Shown piece after piece: positions 16,560 through 25,945 of a stretch of DNA of 45,423 nt (position 1 is its first letter; every line of letters begins with the position of its first letter). Source of the stretch: a bacterium (GTDB lineage: Bacteria > Patescibacteriota > Patescibacteriia > CAZCGY01); the NCBI GenBank assembly GCA_043807225.1, contig JAZDGG010000090.1, positions 1 through 45,423 of the forward strand, written 5' to 3'. The position numbers and the translations under genes were made by a program. The notes under the pieces are model-generated. The model ran no database searches, was not told the DNA's origin, and saw only the letters and a list, made by a program, of their open reading frames with translations.

Positions 16560-19490
16560 TTACCGGATGAGGATCATCCGGCTGGTCTGTTTTTGATCGC
16601 CGATGGTCCCTCGCGCAAAGTACACGCCAGCGGCCACCGGTCGGTTCTGCTGATCAACACCCTTCCAGAGCACCGAGTGCGCACCGGCCTCGACCACCTC
16701 GTTGCAGAGGGTCGCGACCAGACGTCCAGACACATTCAGCACCTCGATCGTTACTCTGCCCCTCGCCGCAAGGCGGTACCACAGACACGTTTCGTCCTTA
16801 AAGGGGTTGGGGGCGGAGGCAGCCCAGCTGGTCACGTGAAGTCCTGCAGATCCTGCAACGCCGGTCGGACCGGGCATCTGTGGAAAGTCTGCCAAACCGA
16901 CCGGCCAGCCGTAGACATGCGCCGTGCTTAGGTAGTCGATCAGTCCGGGATGTTTGGCGGCCAGCGAACGGATTGCTTGATACGCCACGTCGTAGGTATC
17001 AAGGCACTGCCCGCTGAAGCGCCACTCCATTATCTCGCGCATGAACAAGAGATGTGCCCGGCCCCAGGCACCGCGGCCGTGTGAGATCCAGAATGAGGCC
17101 GTGGTTCCGGACGGCGGCGCGGTTGTCCACATCTCGACCATTGAGGTGTTTCCGGTATTGATCCGGTCAGCGTCCCCGAAGTCGCAGCCCGGGAACCACG
17201 CAACGATCCGTTGCTGCCGTGGGACCAGACTCATCGTCCAGGAGGGCGAGAAGTCGTTCTGAATGAGCAGCGCCGGACTTCTCTGGCGAGTCGAGATATA
17301 GCCGCTGCCGACCATCTCTCGAATGCCGCCTTGGACAACATTCACCGCTGCCGCCCGCCGAACCGCCAGGTCGTAACAGTCGGTAAACTGCGAATCCTTC
17401 ACCAGGATCGAGGATATGCCGTGCGCCTCGTACAGACCGCGAACGGTCTGCAGTGTGGCATCCGGCTCGGTGACGGGCGTACACCAATCCAGGTCACCGT
17501 CCAAGATGAATGTGCTCGGCGAACTGATGTGTTGATGGTTGAGCTCGTCGAGCATCGTCTGGACGGCGTTCTGCACCTCTTGCAGATTATCCGCGGGGAT
17601 TCTCCCCAACGGAAGGTCAGGAATCCGGTCGAAGTCGAAGTCGACGAGCCAGGCGTCATGCACGCACGAATTGCCGAAGTAGCAGATGCCGGTTGAGTCC
17701 GGTGAGTAGTACGTCCCCAGTACGTTCTTGGGTGAATTGACGTCCTCATACGCTTGGCCGACCAGGACCACGCGTGGCTGTACCCCCACGGGGTTTTCCT
17801 GCCACAGTCACCCGTACGGCTCAAGCGCTATCCAGATGTCATTAGGATCGTTTGTTGTCAGAAGCGTCGCCGCCGGTCTGCCCATGCTCGCGAACTTATC
17901 GATCACGGGCTGGCAGGCCAACAAGAATTCCGGCTTGCTCGAGACGAAGATGTACCAGGGGCGTTCCGTTCGGCTGCCGCCGTTGCCGCAGATCGGTTGT
18001 CCGCGGTACGGCGGACGCATCGTGAGCTGCAGGTCAGGCGGGTAGTCGTTCCCAACGCTCATGATCGTTGCGAAGTTTTCAGGTTTCGCGCTGACCATGA
18101 ATGGTCGGGAGCGGGTTTCTTTTCCCGCCTGATCGTGCTCGACGATTTCGAACACCGTATCGTCCGTGCCAGCGAGTTCTACAAAATACGCCGCCGGGCG
18201 GTTCTCATCGATGATCGCCGCCGCTATCGTGGCGCATTTCGTCAGGTCGCGCCCATTTCCGGACAGAACGTCGTAGCCGATACTCCCGTGCTGGAACTCC
18301 ACCTGCCAGTAGACGGTTGTGCTCCCGTTCTCAGGAAAAGCACCGCAGGAAGCGAAGCTAGCAGCCCAGTTGTCGCACTCGGCCTGACTCGCGTCCGTAT
18401 AGAATTCCCAGTCGAAGTCGTCGCGATTCGGTCCCCGCCCGATGCCTAATGAGATAATGCCGCCATCGAGCTGGTGCCCGCCGGTGTTGCTGACCGCCTT
18501 TTTCGCATCGGCATAGGCGTATACGCGAGCCGGACAAGTCAGAGGGACGACATTCGCGGTGATGGTGTGGTCGTCAAGCCACTGAGGTCCGTTGACATAA
18601 GGAATTTCTCCATTTTGGATTACGTAGCCGTCGGTGACTCTGATGATGTCATTGGGGTCATTCGCCCTCATGCGCGTGTCAAACTCCAGCGAGACGGTAA
18701 ACGGTCCGGCGTCGTGGTACATCCGCCCGGCCGACGGCTCCCAGGAGACGACCGTCGGCGCCAGCACCCAGTGCCCGCCGCCTTCATGCCTGATCGTATC
18801 GCATCCGGCGACCGCGTTGACCAGTGTGCGGCAGGCCACCGACGTCCCGTCATATCCGTCGAGATGACGAAAGATGATATAGGATTCGGTTCCGATGCGG
18901 CCGTTCGTAACATGAGCGGGATAGGACAGTGTTGCATACGATCCCCAGCGGGGTGACAGAAACCAGCTGTCGCAGCAAGCGGTGTACACAAGACCCGAGC
19001 GGTTCAGGGCGTGGTATCCGCTGTACTTGCTCACCCACAGGTCCATGAAGTAGATCTTGTAAGCGTCCGACTCGACCCAGGCCTGACACTCGGTCAGACC
19101 ATTAAGGCCGTAGGCCCCGGTGAGTTCATTGAAGTCGTCCGTCCAGTTCTGCAGACCAGATTCGTCTTTCTTGTACGTCGCGACGAGAAGCGCCGCGGCG
19201 CTTCCGTGCGTGTCAAGGATCAGCAAACCGACGCCCTTCTCGATGAAGTCGATCAGTTTCTGCGGCCGGCACTGTGGGGAAGAGGAAAGATTCGAATCCT
19301 TCTTGTAGTCGAAGTCGTATCCTTGGTGGGTGACCGTCGTGTTCATATTGCCATATGTCGCACTGCCGAACTGCCAGGCGCAGGGGAACCAGCCGATCGC
19401 ATTGTTCGACTCCGGCGCATCATTGAGCGCAAACGCGGATGAAGAGAACAGAAGAAGGAGAAGCGCCGCGAGCACAATGTGCTTGCTCAT
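16560..19490 (-). pseudogene. Clan-CD/C25 (gingipain-like) peptidase with a T9SS/FlgD-Ig-type C-terminal domain, interrupted by one in-frame TGA at 17808-17810
   Basis: ORFs 17808..19490 and 16560..17789 are in the same frame, because 19490-17789 is divisible by 3. They are separated by a TGA plus 6 sense codons. The signal peptide (MSKHIVLAALLLLLFSSSAFA) is only on the upstream part and the sorting-type CTD (VTIEVLNVSGRLVATL...GVYFARG...MILIR) only on the downstream part. The C25-like segment YIFVSSKPEF...GRPA...DPNDI...[TGA]...PRVVLVGQ...LPLGRIP spans the stop. The upstream part also carries ILDTHG and VYTACCDS, a His/Cys dyad-like pair. Confidence 0.6.
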
Positions 19491-20215
19491 CGCCCTCCTC
19501 CTTCTTTGATGATGTCCTGAAGCGCCTCCTTGTTGAGCGGGCCAATGATATCCATCAGGCCGCTTTTAGCTGCTTCGATCTGCCGTTCAGCTTCGTCAAT
19601 GGACGATACGGTCTGGGCATAGCCCGAGCCAATGAATACGATCCGGTTCCATTTCCATGCATTGAGTAGAAGCTGCTCCAAGTCCAGCGCCTCGGCGTAC
19701 GGGTCAATGGGCATTTCGCTGTGTCGCGAATCAACACCCGGAGGGCTCCCAACGCCGATGGGATACCGCTGCGAATAGAATTGCACCCGCAGCTGCCCCT
19801 GTTCGTCGAACCAGGCGTTCGCGACAAGGGGAGAAGTGCGGTATACCGATCGCATGGCTTCGAACGCCTCTCGGGATGTGTACGGCCGACCGGTGGCTCG
19901 TGCGGCGGAATCCGCTCGGCAATCAAGCGCGAAGCGATCGCGTGATGCGAACGACGGCTCAAATGCTGGGGCGGACGGCATCGGACAGATCGGAATTCCA
20001 TGGCAGAACAGTACCTGCCCTGACCAATCGAGATCATGCGGCGGTGGGTACTTCACACCATGAAGGTAGACCGGGACTGTGGCTTGGAAGGTACCCGGCA
20101 GACCTGCCGTCAGCACGCTGTCGGCCTTCGATGCCACGAGAGTTCCTGCAGCGGACGGCGGCGCCAAACTGATCGTTGCCGCCAGCACGGTGAGCATGAT
20201 CGACAGACGTTTCAT
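19487..20215 (-). CDS. Secreted hypothetical protein, translationally coupled to the C25-like gene
   Basis: Signal peptide MKRLSIMLTVLAATISLAPPSAAG. AGGAGGA RBS. Its TGA overlaps the next ATG (ATGA at 19487-19490). Confidence 0.6.
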   Translation of the reverse strand: MKRLSIMLTVLAATISLAPPSAAGTLVASKADSVLTAGLPGTFQATVPVYLHGVKYPPPHDLDWSGQVLFCHGIPICPMPSAPAFEPSFASRDRFALDCRADSAARATGRPYTSREAFEAMRSVYRTSPLVANAWFDEQGQLRVQFYSQRYPIGVGSPPGVDSRHSEMPIDPYAEALDLEQLLLNAWKWNRIVFIGSGYAQTVSSIDEAERQIEAAKSGLMDIIGPLNKEALQDIIKEGGGR

Positions 20216-20595
20216 CGGTCGTTCCTCCTCTTGGGTTGATCATTTCCTTCCAGTATCTGAGATGGGTTGTCAATGACCGGCGAGATCGCGTTGAGCGTCC
20301 CGTCTCTCTCGTTCGTGACGAACGGAAGAGACGCAGAAGCCGAACAGCCAAAGATGCGTTCCGATGGTATGGGAGCGCGCGCGGTTTTCTGGCCGTGTCG
20401 GTTTCGCTACTCGCTCCCGGCAGTCCTCGTCCAGCCCCGCTCGAGGGGCTTGCGCAAGCGACCAACATCCAGACTGCCATTCATCGCATCATCGTGGTTT
20501 CTCTCCGCTTTTTCTATGCGGCGAAACCGATAGTAAAGAGTGTTCGGGGGAACCTTATTCCCTGAAGAATTCTTTGTCAAGACCCGCCAGAATAT

Positions 20596-20624
20596 GCAAA
20601 AAAACACAGCCGACTGCGGCTGTG
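20596..20624 (-). terminator. Rho-independent terminator
   Basis: The minus strand reads CACAGCCG-CAGT-CGGCTGTG-TTTTTTT. Confidence 0.75.
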
Positions 20625-20633
20625 CGGTGACTG

Positions 20634-21124
20634 TCAGTGCGAGAGAGGGCACGTGGCGTTCTTGGGATAGATCTCCTGCATTGGTTGCGGGTCGTCGCTG
20701 GTACTCACCGTCCATCGCAAGGAGTTCTCTGCCACTGCACACGCGATCGCCGTAGAATCTCCTCGGGCGACCGACCTGCGAAAGAGGGTGGTGATCCTTG
20801 TCGTGTCACTGATGACCCCCGCCTGGCCGAGTGAATCAAGCTGCAGATACGTTCGTTCCTTCTCGCGATCCAAAGAAAGGGCAAAGGTAATCTGCTCGAT
20901 CGCCAGCCATCCGGGGCGGTTGGCGAGCGGCCGTCCGACGGTCGCTTCATTGAACCAGATGACGTGAGGATCCAGGTGGAGTGAGTCGACCGTCGCTGTT
21001 TCCAGCGGTACGGAGCTTGCGGCATTCGAGAAGCCCGTGTTGATCGGTTGACCCAAGAGGAACAATGCAAGCGTAACGACGACTACGATCGCCACAGAGA
21101 GTATCCAAAACCAGAAGAAGCGCA
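20634..21124 (-). CDS. Membrane-anchored hypothetical protein
   Basis: GGGAGGAA RBS precedes ATG 21124. The N-terminal TM segment is MRFFWFWILSVAIVVVVTLALFLL. The track ORF to 21539 is an upstream extension that overlaps truB on the other strand. Confidence 0.6.
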
Positions 21125-21339
21125 TAGTTTCCTCCCGTGGATTGAAAGAACGCATAGACGGGGCAACACTAACCCTCGAAACACTTTGTGTCAACCCCGC
21201 TACTTGCGAGTCATTCTTCCGGATCGTATTCGCGAGTAACAGGGTCAAGCCAAGCGGGATGCCGTAATCATCGTTCCACCGAATGGCGGGACGACCGTGT
21301 GCGCTGGGAACTTTGAAGTAAATCCGGTAGACTGCGTCC

Positions 21340-22038
21340 ATGCGCCCAGGAATTCTTCTCGTCAACAAACCCTCCGGCATGACGTCGCACGATGTTGTCG
21401 ACGCTGTCCGCCGCATGACGGGCGAACAGCGCGTCGGCCATGCAGGCACCCTCGATCCGTTTGCGACGGGCGTACTTGTGGTTGGCGTCGGGCGGGAGGC
21501 GACAAAAACCCTCGGGTGGATTACGGCAAAGACGGACAAGCGGTATCACGCAACCGTCCGACTTGGCGCAGAAAGCGATACCGGGGATCCCGAAGGGGTG
21601 ATCCGAGAGCGAGAGAATGTTCAACCGCCGAAGAAACAAGAGATTGAGCGCGTTCTTCAGACATTTTCGGGTATGCACGAACAAGTTCCACCCGCGTACT
21701 CGAGTGTCAAAGTGCATGGAGTCCGGTCGTATGATCGAGCGAGGCGCGGAGAGCATGTTGTGTTGCCGCCGCGCACCATAACCATCCACTCTCTCTCCAT
21801 CCGGCGTTTCACCTGGCCGGAACTCGAGATCGATGTAACCTGTTCCTCCGGCACGTATATTCGTTCGCTTGCACGTGATATTGGCGAGAAGCTCCGAACG
21901 GGCGGATATCTCACGATGCTGTGTCGAACGGCGGTTGGAGACTACATTCTTGAGCACGCGCATACGCTTGAGGAGATTGCTGCGGCACCAGAACAATTTC
22001 TGCTTCCTGTGCCGCGGAATACCGACAGCGTTACTTGA
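21340..22038 (+). CDS. truB: tRNA pseudouridine(55) synthase, short form
   Basis: GILLVNKPSGMTSHDVV and RVGHAGTLDPFATGVLVVGVG, which includes the catalytic Asp motif. At 232 aa it has no PUA domain. Confidence 0.9.
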   Translation: MRPGILLVNKPSGMTSHDVVDAVRRMTGEQRVGHAGTLDPFATGVLVVGVGREATKTLGWITAKTDKRYHATVRLGAESDTGDPEGVIRERENVQPPKKQEIERVLQTFSGMHEQVPPAYSSVKVHGVRSYDRARRGEHVVLPPRTITIHSLSIRRFTWPELEIDVTCSSGTYIRSLARDIGEKLRTGGYLTMLCRTAVGDYILEHAHTLEEIAAAPEQFLLPVPRNTDSVT

Positions 22039-22315
22039 AGCATCATCGTACGGTCAACTTAGTCATCACAAATTCCAAGTGGCATTTCGTTCCTGCCGCT
22101 TTTCTTTACCCCGGATCAAGTCCGGGGCAGGCTCCAGAAAAGCGATGAATCGAAAAGTCCGGCTGAGTCTCGTGCCGAAGGCAGACTCGCCGTACTTGAT
22201 GTATCAAGGGAGGCGGGCACTCGGATACCGCAGCAACGTTGTTTGCCTACACGTTCAGATTTCCCCCAGACCCCAAAACCGCTTGGCAAATTGTGCAAAT
22301 ATTCTTGCCATAGCC

Positions 22316-22369
22316 TTGACCGTCCTCACGATCCGTTCTATAGTAACTCCTACTTGGTTTGTAGGAGTT
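22316..22369 (+). promoter_or_regulatory. Sigma70-like promoter plus a perfect 9-bp inverted repeat, the likely Rrf2 operator, upstream of the SUF operon
   Basis: TTGACC (22316-22321), a 17-nt spacer, then TATAGT (22339-22344). This is followed directly by AACTCCTAC (22345-22353), 7 nt, then GTAGGAGTT (22361-22369). Confidence 0.55.
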
Positions 22370-22382
22370 TCGTGTTTTTCAT

Positions 22383-22802
22383 ATGATACACGTCTCAATG
22401 AAACTGGATTACGGTCTGCTCTTTCTCGTCGCGCTTGCAGAAGAGAAAGGCCGTAAACCGCTCCCGCTCCGTCGCATCGCCGCGGAACGGCATCTTCCGT
22501 ATCGATTCCTGTCCCAGATTGCCGCGCCGCTGCGCAACGCGGGGCTTATTGAGGCAAAAGAAGGCGCACGGGGAGGATATAGATTAGCGAAAAGTCCGCG
22601 AAGTATTCCCGTGGGCAATATCCTGCGCATCCTTGAAGGAGGCGTTCGCCTCGTCCGTTGCAACCCGGGAACACAACGGGACTGCCCGAGCGCAGGCGCA
22701 TGTTCACTTGCACCATTTTGGCACGGAGTGAATACACGTCTCACGAGTTCACTCCAGGCGCTCACGCTTGCCGATCTTCTCCACTCGCGACGCGAGAGAT
22801 GA
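22383..22802 (+). CDS. Rrf2-family transcriptional regulator (IscR/SufR-like, Cys-containing)
   Basis: MKLDYGLLFLVALA...LPYRFLSQIAAPLRNAGLIEAKEGARGGYRLAK. Candidate cluster ligands are in VRCNPGTQRDCPSAGAC. An alternative ATG is at 22398. Confidence 0.85.
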   Translation: MIHVSMKLDYGLLFLVALAEEKGRKPLPLRRIAAERHLPYRFLSQIAAPLRNAGLIEAKEGARGGYRLAKSPRSIPVGNILRILEGGVRLVRCNPGTQRDCPSAGACSLAPFWHGVNTRLTSSLQALTLADLLHSRRER

Positions 22803-23548
22803 AACCCCTGCTTTCCATCACCAACCTTCATGCGAGCGTTGAGAGCAAGGAGATTCTCCGTGGCGTGAATCTTGTCATTCCGCGCGGAGAAGTCCATGTG
22901 CTCATGGGTCCGAATGGGTCTGGCAAGAGTTCGCTCGCATTGACGCTCTTTGGCCACCCGAACTACGTCGTCACCAAGGGTTCCGTTGCACTCGACGGTA
23001 CCACCATCCTCCATATGACGCCCGATGCACGAGCGCGGCTTGGCCTGTTTCTCTCGTTCCAACACCCTATTGCGCTCCCCGGTGTATCAATTGCGCAGCT
23101 CACCCGAGTCACGGCAAAGCATCTCGCGGGAAACCAGAAGGTCGATGTTCGTACATTTCGTGCACAGATGAACAGCGTGCTCGCAGATCTTCAGCTCCCA
23201 GCGACATTCCTCGATCGGTCGGTGAACGACGGTTTTTCCGGCGGGGAGAAAAAGCAGTCAGAAATTCTCCAAATGGCATCGGTTGCCCCGCAGTGCATCA
23301 TTCTCGACGAACCAGATTCTGGTCTCGATGTTGATGCACTGAAGCGTATTGCCAACGTCATCAACGCCATGCGTACGCCAGAGCGGGGATTTTTGCTCAT
23401 CACGCACTATCAGCGTTTGCTGGAGCATATCCGCCCTGATGCCGTACACATCTTTCTCGACGGCCACATTGTCCGGTCAGGGGGACCGGAGGTTGCGAAA
23501 GAGGTTGAGCAAAAAGGATATGCTGATATGAACGAGGTCTCTGCATGA
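22799..23548 (+). CDS. sufC: Fe-S cluster assembly ATPase SufC
   Basis: LMGPNGSGKSSL, FSGGEKKQSEILQ and IILDEPDSGLDVDAL. The ATG overlaps the Rrf2 stop (ATGA). Confidence 0.95.
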   Translation: MKPLLSITNLHASVESKEILRGVNLVIPRGEVHVLMGPNGSGKSSLALTLFGHPNYVVTKGSVALDGTTILHMTPDARARLGLFLSFQHPIALPGVSIAQLTRVTAKHLAGNQKVDVRTFRAQMNSVLADLQLPATFLDRSVNDGFSGGEKKQSEILQMASVAPQCIILDEPDSGLDVDALKRIANVINAMRTPERGFLLITHYQRLLEHIRPDAVHIFLDGHIVRSGGPEVAKEVEQKGYADMNEVSA

Positions 23549-24933
23549 CGAAACGATCAGCAAACGCCGCTGGCGACTTCTTGGAGCCAGAACGGTATGT
23601 CTATAAAAGTGGCAAAGGGCTCTCTCGGGCAATTGTCGAAAAAATTTCTGCTTTGAAGAATGAACCGGAATGGATGCGCACATTCCGTCGTGAAGCACTC
23701 AAAATCTTCCGATCGAAACCGTTACCAACATGGGGTGCTGATCTTTCTGGTATCGATTTTCAGAACCTTCACTACTTTCTTCGTACAACGGATCGGCAGA
23801 GCAGGCACTGGGAGGATGTGCCGAAAGAGATCAAAGACACTTTCGACCGGCTTGGCATTCCTGAAGCCGAAAAGAACTATCTCGCTGGGGTTGGCGCGCA
23901 GTATGAATCTGAGGTGGTCTACCATCACCTTCAGGAGTCGCTTGCCAGGCGCGGCGTCATTTTTTGCGATATGGAGACGGCGGTTCGCGAACATGCAGAG
24001 ATTGTCCGCAGGTATTTTTCTACCATCGTTCCGCCAAGTGACAACACCTTTGCCGCACTCAACAGCGCTGTGTGGAGCGGCGGAAGCTTCGTCTACGTTC
24101 CGGCCGGCATCCACGTCGACCTTCCACTGCAGGCGTACTTTCGCATCAACGCCAAAAACATGGGGCAGTTTGAGCGCACGCTCATCATCGCGGAGAAGGG
24201 GAGTTCGGTGCACTACGTCGAAGGGTGCACAGCGCCAACGTATGCATCCGCTTCGCTCCACGCGGCGGTTGTCGAAATCATCGTCCAAACACGAGCGCGC
24301 GTCCGGTACACCACCATCCAAAACTGGTCGAAGAATGTGTATAATCTCGTGACAAAGCGCTCGGTCGTCCACGAAGAAGGGGTGATGGAATGGGTCGACG
24401 GGAATCTCGGAAGCAAGCTCACGATGAAGTATCCGTCGGTGTACCTCGTCGGCAGAAAAGCTCGCGGGGAAATCCTCTCGCTCACGTATGCCGGTGACGG
24501 ACAGCACCAAGATGCCGGAGGAAAGGTCATCCACGCCGCACCGGAGACGTCATCCATGGTCACTTCAAAATCTATCAGCCGCGGTGCCGGCCGAACGAGC
24601 TTTCGCGGGCTTGTCGACGTCCAGCCCAGCGCGGAGCAGAGCACGTCGAACATCCGCTGCGACGCGCTGTTGTTGAATCCGGCGTCCCGATCCGATACTT
24701 ATCCGACATTGAAGATTGAAAGAGCGGATGCACGTGTCGAACATGAGGCAACCGTGAGCAAAATCGGAGAGGAACAACTGTTCTACCTCATGACGCGCGG
24801 GTATACACAGGATGAAGCGCGAGCGGCAATCGTCAATGGTTTTGTTGAGCCGATTGTCAAAGAGTTGCCGATGGAATATGCGGTTGAACTCAACCGGCTT
24901 CTTCAAATGGAGATGGAAGGATCCGTCGGATGA
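23545..24933 (+). CDS. sufB: Fe-S cluster assembly protein SufB
   Basis: The 462-aa protein has the typical SufB C-terminal region (VHYVEGCTAP...RCDALLL...ATVSKIGEEQLFYLMTRG). ATGA overlap with sufC. Confidence 0.95.
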   Translation: MTKRSANAAGDFLEPERYVYKSGKGLSRAIVEKISALKNEPEWMRTFRREALKIFRSKPLPTWGADLSGIDFQNLHYFLRTTDRQSRHWEDVPKEIKDTFDRLGIPEAEKNYLAGVGAQYESEVVYHHLQESLARRGVIFCDMETAVREHAEIVRRYFSTIVPPSDNTFAALNSAVWSGGSFVYVPAGIHVDLPLQAYFRINAKNMGQFERTLIIAEKGSSVHYVEGCTAPTYASASLHAAVVEIIVQTRARVRYTTIQNWSKNVYNLVTKRSVVHEEGVMEWVDGNLGSKLTMKYPSVYLVGRKARGEILSLTYAGDGQHQDAGGKVIHAAPETSSMVTSKSISRGAGRTSFRGLVDVQPSAEQSTSNIRCDALLLNPASRSDTYPTLKIERADARVEHEATVSKIGEEQLFYLMTRGYTQDEARAAIVNGFVEPIVKELPMEYAVELNRLLQMEMEGSVG

Positions 24934-25613
24934 ACCAACCCTCCTTCAAAAAGACCAACGATTTTCCTGAGCATCTTGTGATAATCCCAAACGAACATCT
25001 GGTGATTGTTGAAAACGGACGAGAGGCAACCGGCATACGCCACACGCACATCCGCGTTGGCAGAGATTCGTCATTGATCTGCGTTCTGCTTCTTCCGACA
25101 ACGGGAGAGCTCCAGCGATCAATCACACTCGAGCTCGATGCGGGAGCACGCGCGGAGCTATTCGGGTTTATTGCCGGTGCCGGCCAAGGAAAACTCACGC
25201 TCTCGCTCACCGAACTTCACACGAAAGGCGCCTCGTGGGCGCGAACAACCGTGTGCGGTCTTCTTCATGACGCGTCTTCCCTTCACCTTCAAGGTCTCAT
25301 TGCCGTACATCCGTCCGCGCATGGGTCAGACGGGCTGTTTGAGGCGCGGGCAATGCTTCTGAGCGATGCCGCTCGGGCAACCATCATCCCCAATCTTGAA
25401 ATTCAGGCGCGCGATGTACGAGCCACGCATCGCTGTGCGATTGGCCCGCTTGATCTGGAACAGCTGTTTTATCTCCAGACGCGCGGGTGTACACTTTCTG
25501 ATGCGCGGAAACTCCTTGTGGATGGTTTCGTTGAGCAGCATCTTGGGCGTCTCTCTGACGCATCCCTTCGCGGATCTATCAGCCGCGAGTATCATTCACT
25601 TTTTTCACTATGA
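24930..25613 (+). CDS. sufD: Fe-S cluster assembly protein SufD, short form
   Basis: SufB/D beta-helix tail (ATHRCAIGPLDLEQLFYLQTRG). ATGA overlap with sufB. Confidence 0.8.
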   Translation: MNQPSFKKTNDFPEHLVIIPNEHLVIVENGREATGIRHTHIRVGRDSSLICVLLLPTTGELQRSITLELDAGARAELFGFIAGAGQGKLTLSLTELHTKGASWARTTVCGLLHDASSLHLQGLIAVHPSAHGSDGLFEARAMLLSDAARATIIPNLEIQARDVRATHRCAIGPLDLEQLFYLQTRGCTLSDARKLLVDGFVEQHLGRLSDASLRGSISREYHSLFSL

Positions 25614-25945
25614 GTTTTTCACCCGTTCTCAACGTATCCGATCTTCCCATTGGGAAGAAGCGGCATGTCAAGATTGACGGGAGCAATGTCTGCGTTTATC
25701 ATCTCCCCGACGGCTTTATTGCCGTTGAGAACCGGTGTTCCCACGCGGGTTCTCCGCTCTGCGAAGGCAAGCTCCTTGATGATGGCGTCATTCAGTGCCC
25801 ACTCCACGGTGCAAAATTTTCCGTCCAAACAGGGCAAGTTCTTGGTCTGCCAGCAACATCACCAATCCGCACCTATCCGGTGAAGGTTGAGGACGATAGA
25901 GTTTTTGTTGATACCCATGAAGAACATCCACAACAGCAGAGCTGA
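25610..25945 (+). CDS. Rieske [2Fe-2S] ferredoxin-like protein
   Basis: CSHAGSPL...CPLHGAKF gives the CxH...CxxH motif. ATGA overlap with sufD. Confidence 0.85.
   Translation: MSFSPVLNVSDLPIGKKRHVKIDGSNVCVYHLPDGFIAVENRCSHAGSPLCEGKLLDDGVIQCPLHGAKFSVQTGQVLGLPATSPIRTYPVKVEDDRVFVDTHEEHPQQQS

Noticed and set aside
17808-17810. Genome-wide UGA reassignment (code 4 or 25) as the explanation for the in-frame TGA
   Set aside because: TGA terminates Rrf2, sufC, sufB, sufD and parA at positions fixed by ATGA overlaps and by family-typical protein lengths. The standard code therefore applies.
20407-20742. A PPNTLYYRFRRIEK segment resembling the end of a PucR/CdaR-type HTH in a minus-strand ORF
   Set aside because: Only about 14 residues are similar. 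The ORF crosses the terminator of the upstream gene and overlaps that gene's 3' end. At best it is a relic of a degraded regulator.
21125-21539. The N-terminal extension of ORF 20634..21539
   Set aside because: It overlaps truB on the opposite strand and is Arg/Pro-rich. An internal ATG at 21124 has a GGGAGGAA RBS and starts directly with a TM helix.
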